From assembly GCA_031960885.1 (NCBI GenBank), contig JAVRLY010000041.1, positions 1 through 11,203 on the forward strand: DNA of 11,203 bases, given 5' to 3'. The notes beneath the pieces were generated by a model that saw only the letters and a list, made by a program, of their open reading frames with translations, did no database searches and was not told the DNA's origin. The stretch comes from Desulfurella sp. (GTDB lineage: Bacteria > Campylobacterota_A > Desulfurellia > Desulfurellales > Desulfurellaceae). The position numbers and the translations under genes are program-made. Shown here one piece after another: positions 1-7,393 of the stretch; the first letter of the stretch is position 1, and every line of letters starts with the position of its first letter.

Positions 1-919
1 CTCCCCATGGAGTTTCTACTATTGCATCAACATGTATCATAGGTATTTGGTTTTCTGATGGTCTGAATCTCAATTCTTCTTCTGGAACTACTTTTTCTGT
101 TGCAATTACTAAATATTTTGCGCTTAAAGATTGCTCAACATCTGGAACAAGTAAACCTTCAATTCTTGCTGTACCTTCATTGCCGCATCTTTGAACTTGT
201 GTGGTTGCCAAATATGGTATTAATGGCGGGTATAAAACAGCTTTAATAGCCGCCTTGCCTGTGTATTTGTTTGCTTGCTTTCTTAGTTTTTCATAGAAAA
301 TACCATCTTCTTCTGCTGCAGTCTTATTCCACGTAGTATCTGGCACATCGCCTTGTGACCATTTGTTTTCTGGATCATACTGGTGCGGTCTTAATCCCCA
401 GCCATCATATGGGTCATCTATGATTACTTGCCTTGCTGGCGGAATATCTGGGTGAACCCACATACCTTTTTCATTTTTACCTCTAAGACCTGCTTTACCA
501 AAAACATCATACTCTATCAAATCGGAGCCCAAGTCTGTCAAGCCGGCTACAAATTGCATTCCAAAACGACCAGCTTGCGTTCTAAGCGCCATAGAGTAAT
601 TTGAAAATAGCATATATGCACTAATATTACCATCTTCTAAGCCTTTTCTAATTTCATAAGAAACTGGTTGTATTGTTTCAAGGCCAATAAACGTCATCTC
701 AATCCAGTCAAGCTGGCCAGCACCTGCCATCATCATAACAGGCGTAGCACCTGCGTTTGTTTGCAAATATAAATTTGGTATATTTTGCCTAATTACTTCT
801 CTTGGAATTGATGCATTTGTTCTGGTATAACCAAATCCACCGACAACCCAAGCCCTGTGCGGCTTAACAAACTTGCTAACCGCTTCTTTAATGGACATTA
901 TTTTACTTGCTTTTGCCAT
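1..919 (-). CDS. Family I CoA-transferase alpha subunit (glutaconate CoA-transferase subunit A-like), 3' end beyond the window
   Basis: Not in the ORF track; translated by hand from ATG at 919 (SD AGGAGGAGGG at 933-924) and open to position 1: MAKASKIMSIKEAVSKFVKPHRAWVVGGFGYTRTNASIPREVIRQ...SNYSMALRTQAGRFGMQF...LGSDL...DDPYDG...VLYPPLIPYLATTQVQRCGNEGTARIEG...SAKYLVIATEKVVPEEELRFRPSENQIPMIHVDAIVETPWG. These match GctA-like motifs (KxMSxxEAV, GGF, GSDL, E-VV-EE, VDAIVE-PWG). Confidence 0.88.
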   Translation of the reverse strand, partial: MAKASKIMSIKEAVSKFVKPHRAWVVGGFGYTRTNASIPREVIRQNIPNLYLQTNAGATPVMMMAGAGQLDWIEMTFIGLETIQPVSYEIRKGLEDGNISAYMLFSNYSMALRTQAGRFGMQFVAGLTDLGSDLIEYDVFGKAGLRGKNEKGMWVHPDIPPARQVIIDDPYDGWGLRPHQYDPENKWSQGDVPDTTWNKTAAEEDGIFYEKLRKQANKYTGKAAIKAVLYPPLIPYLATTQVQRCGNEGTARIEGLLVPDVEQSLSAKYLVIATEKVVPEEELRFRPSENQIPMIHVDAIVETPWG

Positions 920-1301
920 AAAGCCCTCCTCCTAAATTTTTATAGAATTCTTCTAAATTTTCGATATCTTCTTGCGTTTTTTTAATTGCTCCATTATTGT
1001 CTGCATGCTCTATCGGCACGCCTAAAGTGTCACTCAAAATTTGCATAAATTCTGTCACTTTCTCAAATTTTAGATAACTAACGTAGATATCAATTGTATA
1101 GTCTGTATTAAAGTAGATAACTGGGTACATCTCATCATAGTCAAGTTTATCGTTTTCTCTAGAGTACGGTATGAGTCTGAACCCTCGCTTTTCAATATCC
1201 ACCACTTTACCTAGGCTGTCAACTTTTTGTCTTATTTCATCGAGCGTAATGATATCGCCGCCACCAATTATATAACCTGGAAGCGTAGTAAAATCGCTCA
1301 C
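903..1301 (-). CDS. Hypothetical protein (~132 aa; ORF track starts at 1328, 141 aa)
   Basis: In-frame GTG at 1301 has SD AAGGAG 8 nt upstream and overlaps the upstream gene's TAG (TAGTG). The 3' end overlaps the CoA-transferase start by 17 nt. Acidic and soluble-looking; no family recognised. Confidence 0.75.
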   Translation of the reverse strand: MSDFTTLPGYIIGGGDIITLDEIRQKVDSLGKVVDIEKRGFRLIPYSRENDKLDYDEMYPVIYFNTDYTIDIYVSYLKFEKVTEFMQILSDTLGVPIEHADNNGAIKKTQEDIENLEEFYKNLGGGLYGKSK

Positions 1302-1666
1302 TATTTTAGCTCCTTTCTTCTTGCCCATATTAACCTTAAAGCATTTTCTACTTTTTCTTGGGCATATTCTATCATTTCATGGGCATTTTTTAAATAATCT
1401 AAATTTTTCATTAACTCGTTTTCAGCTACATCTGCGGCTTTTTGAGTTTGCATTTGTTCAAGTAGTTTAGTTACACGACTTAATACACCAGGCATTTTCT
1501 TAAATTGCCACATCCATGTATCAAAATAATAATTTGACAACGACAAATCCCAAACTTCACTAGTTAACTTTAACCAAAGTTGCACATCCTCAATATCTCT
1601 AGATTGCTGCACCTCCACTGGCTTTTCCCTAGCCGTTTTCTTGAATGCTTTCGGATAAGCTATCAC
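1301..1666 (-). CDS. Hypothetical protein, 121 aa, probably alpha-helical
   Basis: GTG start preceded by AGGAGG. First gene after a sigma70-like promoter. E/K/L/Q-rich helical composition; no family recognised. Confidence 0.78.
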   Translation of the reverse strand: MIAYPKAFKKTAREKPVEVQQSRDIEDVQLWLKLTSEVWDLSLSNYYFDTWMWQFKKMPGVLSRVTKLLEQMQTQKAADVAENELMKNLDYLKNAHEMIEYAQEKVENALRLIWARRKELK

Positions 1667-1703
1667 CCTACACCTCCTATATAGATATTTACTCTTAATT
1701 TAT

Positions 1704-1731
1704 ATAATACACAAAATAAGTAAAAAGTCAA
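1704..1731 (-). promoter_or_regulatory. Sigma70-type promoter for the CoA-transferase operon
   Basis: Minus strand TTGACT (1731-1726), 16-nt spacer, TATTAT (1709-1704), ~40 nt upstream of the GTG at 1666. Confidence 0.6.
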
Positions 1732-1857
1732 GTATTTTTTAGTTATTACAGTAAAATAAAATTTGTGTAAGTTAATATATAAATTTTTGTTATACATTCA
1801 TATAAACATCAAATCTGAATTTTTATGATATTTTTAAAATTTAATCGACTAAAACAA

Positions 1858-1886
1858 TTGCAAATACTTTAAAAATTGTGTATAAA
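1858..1886 (+). promoter_or_regulatory. Sigma70-type promoter for the Sel1-ABC-ilvA genes
   Basis: TTGCAA (1858-1863), 17-nt spacer, TATAAA (1881-1886), followed by SD TAAGGAGG and ATG 1916. Confidence 0.5.
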
Positions 1887-1915
1887 AAGTCTTTAGAAAT
1901 ATAAGGAGGAAGCGT

Positions 1916-2653
1916 ATGAATAAAAAAATTTTGTTAGTTAGTTCCTTTTTAGTATTAGTCGGATTTTTCACTCTAGCGAATCTCTCAAATGCTAACGTAA
2001 CACTTCAAGATGGTCTTGCCGCTTATAACAACAAAAACTACAATCAAGCTTATAACATATTTGCTCAATTAAGTCAGGAAGGAAACTCTCAGGCTCAGTA
2101 CATTTTGGGTTCTATGTATTTAGACGGTGTTGGTGTTAAAAAAGACTACCAAAAAGCTTATGAATGGTTTAATAAATCTGCTGAGCAAAATAATAGCTAC
2201 GGTGAGTACGCTCTTGGATATATATACAAACACGGACTTGGCGTAAAAAAGGATTTATCAAAGACAGTGTACTTTTGGGAAAAAAGCGCGAAACTTAACA
2301 ACAAAGATGCACTCTATGGCCTTGGGTTTTTATATAGTCTTGGACAAGGTGTAGAGCTTAACTATAAAAAAAGCTACGATTATTGGCAAAAAGCTTCTTA
2401 TTTAGGTTCTAGCTATGCTCAATACAGGCTTGGTTTATTGTATATGGATGGAGATGGCGTAGAAAAAAATTATATAAATGCTTATGCATGGTTTAGTACA
2501 GCAAGGATGTTTTCTGCCCCAGATGAAGAAATTTACGAACTTGCAGCACATCATTTAAACATAGTTAAACATAAATTGACAGCTGATGAAATTCTTAAAG
2601 CTGAAAATTTATCACAGATACTATACAAACAGATAAAAAATAACCTGCAATAG
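1916..2653 (+). CDS. Exported Sel1-like repeat (SLR/TPR superfamily) protein
   Basis: Signal peptide (MNKK + hydrophobic core + SNA), one partial and four ~36-aa repeats of the pattern A-Y-LG--Y--G-GV-K[DN]Y--A--W--KS; strong SD. Confidence 0.92.
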   Translation: MNKKILLVSSFLVLVGFFTLANLSNANVTLQDGLAAYNNKNYNQAYNIFAQLSQEGNSQAQYILGSMYLDGVGVKKDYQKAYEWFNKSAEQNNSYGEYALGYIYKHGLGVKKDLSKTVYFWEKSAKLNNKDALYGLGFLYSLGQGVELNYKKSYDYWQKASYLGSSYAQYRLGLLYMDGDGVEKNYINAYAWFSTARMFSAPDEEIYELAAHHLNIVKHKLTADEILKAENLSQILYKQIKNNLQ

Positions 2654-2688
2654 CGCAAAATGATTGCACCTGTATAAATGGATAGCAA

Positions 2689-4458
2689 ATGAAGCAATTT
2701 AACAAAGAAGTTTTTAAAGATGCATGGCATTTGATAAAACCATACTGGATATCAAGCGAAAAAAAAACCGCCTATATATTGCTTGCTGCTATAATTTTTT
2801 TAAATTTAGCTATTGTTGGCATAAATGTTTTATTTAATCTGTGGTATAAAGAATTTTACAACGCTTTGCAAGAATTAAATGAAAAGGCTTTTTGGATAGC
2901 ACTTGCTCAATTTAGTGCATTGGCCTTTTTCTATATTATATCTGCTGTTTATTCATTATACTTAAACCAAATGCTTCAAATAAAATGGAGGAAATGGCTA
3001 ACAGATAATTTTTTAAATAAATGGATGGATAAAAAGGTATACTACCATCTTCAAGTATTTAATAATCAAACCGATAATCCAGACCAACGAATCAGTGAAG
3101 ATTTAAATATGTTTATATCTCAATCTTTAACTTTATTTTTAGGTCTTTTGAGTTCTATTGTAACGCTGTTTTCGTTTATTAGCATACTATGGATTGTATC
3201 TGGACCATTGCACTTTTCCATCATGGGTTTTTTTATCACTATACCAGGTTACATGGTATGGGCTGCTTTACTTTATGCTATTTTAGGCACATGGATTACA
3301 GCTATCATAGGAAGGCCTTTAATTCCATTAAATTTTAATCAACAACGATTTGAAGCCGACTTTAGGTTTAATCTTGTACGCATAAGGGAAAATAGTGAAA
3401 GTGTGGCGCTTTATAGCGGAGAAGATAAAGAGCATTGGCATCTAATGAGAAAATTTGCTGACATATTTGAAAATTATTGGAAAATAATGGTTAGACAAAA
3501 AAAACTTACATGGTTTACTTCTGGTTACAACCAAATAGCAATTATTTTCCCAATACTTGTTGCTGCACCGAGATTTTTTGCCAAAAAAATTCAACTTGGC
3601 GGTCTTATGCAGATAGCTCAAGCATTTGGTCAAGTGCAAACATCGCTATCATATATTGTAAATAGCTACACCGCACTTGCTAACTGGCATGCTGTAGCAG
3701 ATAGGCTTCGCACATTTGAACACAATATCCAATCTATAGAAAACCTTCAGGTACAAAATAGTAAAATAAAACATAAACAATCTGATTGCTTAATTGTAAA
3801 AAATCTATCTATATTGCTTCCAGACAATCAGACATATTTAATCAAAGATTTAAATTTCGAATTAAAGCCACAACAAAGTATGCTGATTGTTGGTCCATCT
3901 GGTATTGGAAAAAGTACTCTAATTCGCACAATTGCTGGTTTGTGGCCTTTTGGCTATGGAGAAATAAGCTTGCCGAAACAAGAAAAAACACTATTTTTGC
4001 CTCAAAAACCCTATTTACCCATTGGTACACTAAGAGATGTGCTTATTTACCCAAACGGTGACCCATCAACAGATAATGAGACTTTAAAAGAGCTGCTTGA
4101 AAGTTTGAACTTAAAGTATCTGGCAAAACATTTGTTAGAAGTAAACATGTGGTCTCAGGTTTTATCGCTTGGTGAACAGCAATATCTTGCTTTTGGACGC
4201 ATTTTCTTACAAAAACCAGATTGGATTTTTATGGATGAGGCAACAAGCGCTTTAGATGAAAAATCAGAAAAACTCCTTTACACAAGATTGTTTAGAGATT
4301 TATCCCAAAGTGCATGTTTAAGTGTTGGTCATAGATCTAGCCTTCTTAATTACCATAAAATTAAATTATCTTTGCTTGGTGATGGCAAGTGGTTAATTGA
4401 GCCAATTAAAAAAACTGATTCGGATAAAATCTCTTATCTAAAGGAGGAATTTGCTTAA
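2689..4458 (+). CDS. Fused ABC transporter permease/ATP-binding protein, YddA / BacA-like (ABCD-type) family
   Basis: N-terminal TM helices, DNPDQRISED, EAA-like EADFRFNLVRIRENSESVALYSGE, Walker A GPSGIGKS, FLPQKPYLP Q-loop, signature LSLGEQQ, Walker B IFMDEATSALD, H-loop SVGH. Confidence 0.93.
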   Translation: MKQFNKEVFKDAWHLIKPYWISSEKKTAYILLAAIIFLNLAIVGINVLFNLWYKEFYNALQELNEKAFWIALAQFSALAFFYIISAVYSLYLNQMLQIKWRKWLTDNFLNKWMDKKVYYHLQVFNNQTDNPDQRISEDLNMFISQSLTLFLGLLSSIVTLFSFISILWIVSGPLHFSIMGFFITIPGYMVWAALLYAILGTWITAIIGRPLIPLNFNQQRFEADFRFNLVRIRENSESVALYSGEDKEHWHLMRKFADIFENYWKIMVRQKKLTWFTSGYNQIAIIFPILVAAPRFFAKKIQLGGLMQIAQAFGQVQTSLSYIVNSYTALANWHAVADRLRTFEHNIQSIENLQVQNSKIKHKQSDCLIVKNLSILLPDNQTYLIKDLNFELKPQQSMLIVGPSGIGKSTLIRTIAGLWPFGYGEISLPKQEKTLFLPQKPYLPIGTLRDVLIYPNGDPSTDNETLKELLESLNLKYLAKHLLEVNMWSQVLSLGEQQYLAFGRIFLQKPDWIFMDEATSALDEKSEKLLYTRLFRDLSQSACLSVGHRSSLLNYHKIKLSLLGDGKWLIEPIKKTDSDKISYLKEEFA

Positions 4459-4459
4459 C

Positions 4460-5968
4460 ATGGACAATATTGTTAGATTAGTTATTAGTTCTTCAATATA
4501 TGACCTTGCAAAACAAACGCCAATAAATTATGCTGTTAATCTCTCAAAAAACTTAAATAATAAAATCTTGTTAAAAAGAGAAGATTTACAAAGCGTATTT
4601 TCATTTAAAATTAGAGGAGCTTATAATAAGATAAAAAACCTCTCAGAAGAAGATAAAAAAAAGGGTATTATTTGCGCATCAGCGGGCAATCACGCACAAG
4701 GTGTGGCTCTTTCTGCAAAAAAACTATCTATTCCCGCAACGATTGTAATGCCAAAAACAACCCCCCAGATTAAAGTGGATGCAGTAGCACGCTATGGCGC
4801 AAGTATCGTTTTAGAAGGTGATAGCTATACGGATGCCTACAATGCATGCAAAGTGCTAATTGAGCAAACAAACATGACTTATATACCACCATTTGACGAT
4901 GAGCTTGTGATAGCTGGTAATGCAACAATAGCAAATGAAATTTTGATGCAAACAAGTTCAGATGTAGACTACATTTTTGTTCCAATAGGCGGTGGCGGAC
5001 TAATTGCTGGCATTGCTTCTTTTATAAAGAACGTTAATGACAAAATAAAAATTATTGGTGTGCAACCTAAAGATTCAAATGCAATGTATTTGTCTTTTCA
5101 TGCTAAAAAGAAAGTAGATATTGATGAAGTGGGAATTTTTGCCGACGGTGTAGCCGTAAAAAGTGTGGGAGATTTAACGCTTGAGTTAGTACTTAAATAT
5201 GTAGATGATATTATTTTAGTAGATACAGATGAAATATGCTCAAGCATAAAAGACATATATTACGATACAAGAAATATTGTAGAACCAGCTGGAGCTTTGG
5301 CTGTTGCTGGTATAAAACGCTATATTGACGAACACTCAATCTCTAAAAAAACATTTCTTGCAATTAATTCTGGCGCAAATATGAACTTTGATAGGTTAAG
5401 TTTTGTTGCAGATAGAGCCTTAATTGGTCAAAAACAAGAGGCGCTCTATGTTGTAGAATTAGAAGAAAAACCCGGTTCTTTCAAGCGCTTTTGTATGGAT
5501 TTGATTGACAATATAAATGTCTCTGAGTTTGACTATAGGCTTGCAAGCAGAGAGAAAGCTTACGTTTTAACTGGATTAAATATCAATTATAAAGAGGAAA
5601 AAGATAGATTTTTAAAAAAAGCAAAACAACTTGGTTATAATATAATTGATATAACCGATAATGAGATCGCAAAAAGTCATATTCGCTATATAATTGGTGG
5701 CAAAACCGATAAGGTTTTAAATGAAGTTTTGTATCATTTTTCATTTCCTGAACGAAAAGGCGCCCTTTATGAATTTTTGTCGAAAATGAAAAGCAATTGG
5801 AATATTTCTTTATTTCACTACAAGCATATTGGAACAGATTACGGCAGGGTGCTTGTTGGTTTTGAGATACCGCCAAGTGAAATGCAAGAATTTAAAGCAT
5901 ACCTAAAAGACCTACGTTACCCATTTACAGAAGAAACAAACAATCCTGTCTGTAAAATTTTTCTTTAA
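4460..5968 (+). CDS. ilvA: Threonine ammonia-lyase, biosynthetic (long form with two C-terminal ACT-like domains)
   Basis: KREDLQSVFSFKIRGA (PLP lysine), ASAGNHAQG, PIGGGGL, FADGVAV, SGANMNFDRL, two regulatory repeats (EKPGSFKRF; FPERKGAL...WNISLFHY). ATG 4460 is preferred over TTG 4451, which lies almost against the SD AAGGAGG. Confidence 0.96.
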   Translation: MDNIVRLVISSSIYDLAKQTPINYAVNLSKNLNNKILLKREDLQSVFSFKIRGAYNKIKNLSEEDKKKGIICASAGNHAQGVALSAKKLSIPATIVMPKTTPQIKVDAVARYGASIVLEGDSYTDAYNACKVLIEQTNMTYIPPFDDELVIAGNATIANEILMQTSSDVDYIFVPIGGGGLIAGIASFIKNVNDKIKIIGVQPKDSNAMYLSFHAKKKVDIDEVGIFADGVAVKSVGDLTLELVLKYVDDIILVDTDEICSSIKDIYYDTRNIVEPAGALAVAGIKRYIDEHSISKKTFLAINSGANMNFDRLSFVADRALIGQKQEALYVVELEEKPGSFKRFCMDLIDNINVSEFDYRLASREKAYVLTGLNINYKEEKDRFLKKAKQLGYNIIDITDNEIAKSHIRYIIGGKTDKVLNEVLYHFSFPERKGALYEFLSKMKSNWNISLFHYKHIGTDYGRVLVGFEIPPSEMQEFKAYLKDLRYPFTEETNNPVCKIFL

Positions 5969-6073
5969 AAAGGCGGGCAGGAAGCGCCCTTTCGGGCGAA
6001 ATTTAAATGCAGACTTTATGGCGGGAAAACAAGAGGAAAAAGAAGCGCTTAAAAAGGGATTTCTAAGCACAAG
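5967..6073 (-). ncRNA. Candidate small RNA (~105 nt), family unrecognised
   Basis: Directly downstream of a near-consensus promoter. 5' hairpin GUGCUUAGAAA-UCCC-UUUUUAAGCGC pairs fully only on the minus strand (two G-U pairs); C/U-rich linker; CGCCC-GAAA-GGGCG GNRA hairpin; ends CCCGCC-UUUUU. Confidence 0.6.
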
Positions 6074-6078
6074 GTAGT

Positions 6079-6106
6079 ATTATAAAAAAATTTTTTAAAA
6101 AGTCAA
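6079..6106 (-). promoter_or_regulatory. Sigma70-type promoter with no downstream CDS
   Basis: Minus strand TTGACT (6106-6101), 16-nt spacer, TATAAT (6084-6079). Shares the CTTGACTTTTT context with the promoter at 1722-1732. Confidence 0.68.
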
Positions 6107-6140
6107 GAAATTTCTTATGTTTTTGTCAGTTAGATCGTTT

Positions 6141-6168
6141 TTGAAAAAATATTTATTTTGGTTATAAT
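6141..6168 (+). promoter_or_regulatory. Possible divergent sigma70-type promoter
   Basis: TTGAAA (6141-6146), 16-nt spacer, TATAAT (6163-6168). The very AT-rich context makes a chance match plausible. Confidence 0.4.
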
Positions 6169-6231
6169 ACGCTATAAAAAGTTCAAAGAACTCTTTATGA
6201 ATATAAAAAATTTTTTTATCTGTTTTTACGA

Positions 6232-6261
6232 TTTTAGAAAGGGGTAAACCCCTTTCTAAAA
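6232..6261. terminator. Hairpin/terminator at the end of the glnK-amtB-porin operon, possibly bidirectional
   Basis: Perfect 13-bp inverted repeat TTTTAGAAAGGGG-TAAA-CCCCTTTCTAAAA overlapping the porin stop codon. Confidence 0.7.
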
Positions 6262-7365
6262 CATAATACCCGTTTCCAAGCCTAACCTATATTGGTTTGC
6301 TTTGTTGCCGCTTTCGCCAAAACCCCCAGATTCTGAAAAATTATTAATGCGCACATAGGATAAATCAGCCCTTACAAACAAATACTTATATTTATACATT
6401 GGCGTAATCGTAACAGTGAAGGCTTTTGAATCAGGCCCGTAACCAACTAAGTCAGCATTTGCGCTATTTGGGTTGTTTGTTGATTTATTACAGGCATATT
6501 CTAATCTTGTGCCTAAGGAAAATTTATCTGTTACATTGTAATCTGCAAAACCTGCGATTCCATAAGCAGCGCTTGAATTGCTATAGCCTAATTGAGCGCT
6601 TTTTGGTGAATATACGTATAGCAGATCTGAACCTAATGTTAGTTTACCTAAAGTATAAGATCCTACTAAATCGTATTCTTGTTTATTGGCTATTGAAGCT
6701 GTATCGTTTGGAGGTGTGTGTTTATTTGGTATTAATGCATTAAAAGAGGCTGAAAAGTTATTTAGGTTTACGCCAAGACTTGCTTCTATAGCTAGTTTGT
6801 TTTTAGAGTAGAAACCATCATTGGCGCCAGCTTTAAACACCACAGGGCCAGTTGTTACTATAAACCTTATTCCTCTTGAAATTATTGGCTCCATATTCCA
6901 TACAAGACCTCTTTGAATATTTATATTCTGATAAGTAAAAGCCGACTCATAGCCAATAATTGTTGGAAGTTTACCTGCTTGTATGGATAAAAATGAAGCA
7001 GGGTCCAGTTCAACATAAGCAATAGGCACAGGTCCAAAAAGGCCTGTGTTCGCATTGTCTGTAACAGTTTTGTTGCCTGCTACTCCTACAGTTGGGAAAG
7101 CGTATGCTCCGCTAAAAACGTTAAATCGGACTAAGCCTGTTGTTTTTGAAACATTGATTAAAGCGTTGCTTATATCGTATCTTACATGCTTGTCTTTACC
7201 ATTTGTATCAAACGAACCAGTTGGGTTTGCATTATCTGTAAGTATGCTATAGCCAGATAATGTGCCATTTATATTTATATTGCCAATGCCTGTTTTTAGA
7301 TCAAAAGCATGAGCGTTTATGCTAACAAAGCAAAATATAATTGCTAAAACAAGCATTCTTTTCAT
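6256..7365 (-). CDS. Outer-membrane beta-barrel protein (putative porin, resembles OmpL-like/BBP2 family)
   Basis: Signal peptide ending AHA, alternating amphipathic strands, AGKLPTIIGYES motif, C-terminal strand YRLGLETGIMF ending in Phe; SD AGGGAGG; 28 nt downstream of amtB. Confidence 0.85.
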   Translation of the reverse strand: MKRMLVLAIIFCFVSINAHAFDLKTGIGNININGTLSGYSILTDNANPTGSFDTNGKDKHVRYDISNALINVSKTTGLVRFNVFSGAYAFPTVGVAGNKTVTDNANTGLFGPVPIAYVELDPASFLSIQAGKLPTIIGYESAFTYQNINIQRGLVWNMEPIISRGIRFIVTTGPVVFKAGANDGFYSKNKLAIEASLGVNLNNFSASFNALIPNKHTPPNDTASIANKQEYDLVGSYTLGKLTLGSDLLYVYSPKSAQLGYSNSSAAYGIAGFADYNVTDKFSLGTRLEYACNKSTNNPNSANADLVGYGPDSKAFTVTITPMYKYKYLFVRADLSYVRINNFSESGGFGESGNKANQYRLGLETGIMF

Positions 7366-7393
7366 TTTACTACCTCCCTATCTTTACTTAGTT

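Noticed and set aside
3442..4061. ORFs 3442-3639 (-), 3786-4061 (+) and 3842-4030 (-)
   Set aside because: Shadow frames inside the well-supported ABC transporter gene, with no recognisable motifs.
4770..5876. ORFs 4770-4985 (-) and 5583-5876 (-)
   Set aside because: Antisense to ilvA with non-protein-like composition.
6005..6030. Fluoride-riboswitch-like CGCCAUAAA segment on the minus strand
   Set aside because: The required 5' GGYGAUGG pairing partner is missing and there is no downstream gene.
5971..6070. CsrB/RsmZ-like reading on the plus strand (CAGGAAG, GGGA, AGAGGA, AGGGA in a loop)
   Set aside because: No plus-strand promoter; the main hairpin has two A-C mismatches on this strand, while the G-U pairs, GNRA loop, promoter and U run all favour the minus strand. 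Not fully excluded as an ilvA 3'UTR element.
5912..6077. Short ORFs over the sRNA region: two 19-aa ORFs on + (ATG 6007 and 6018) and a 52-aa GTG ORF on - from 6070
   Set aside because: No SD for any of them. The minus-strand ORF runs through the U tract into ilvA antisense; near-leaderless translation cannot be excluded but has no support.
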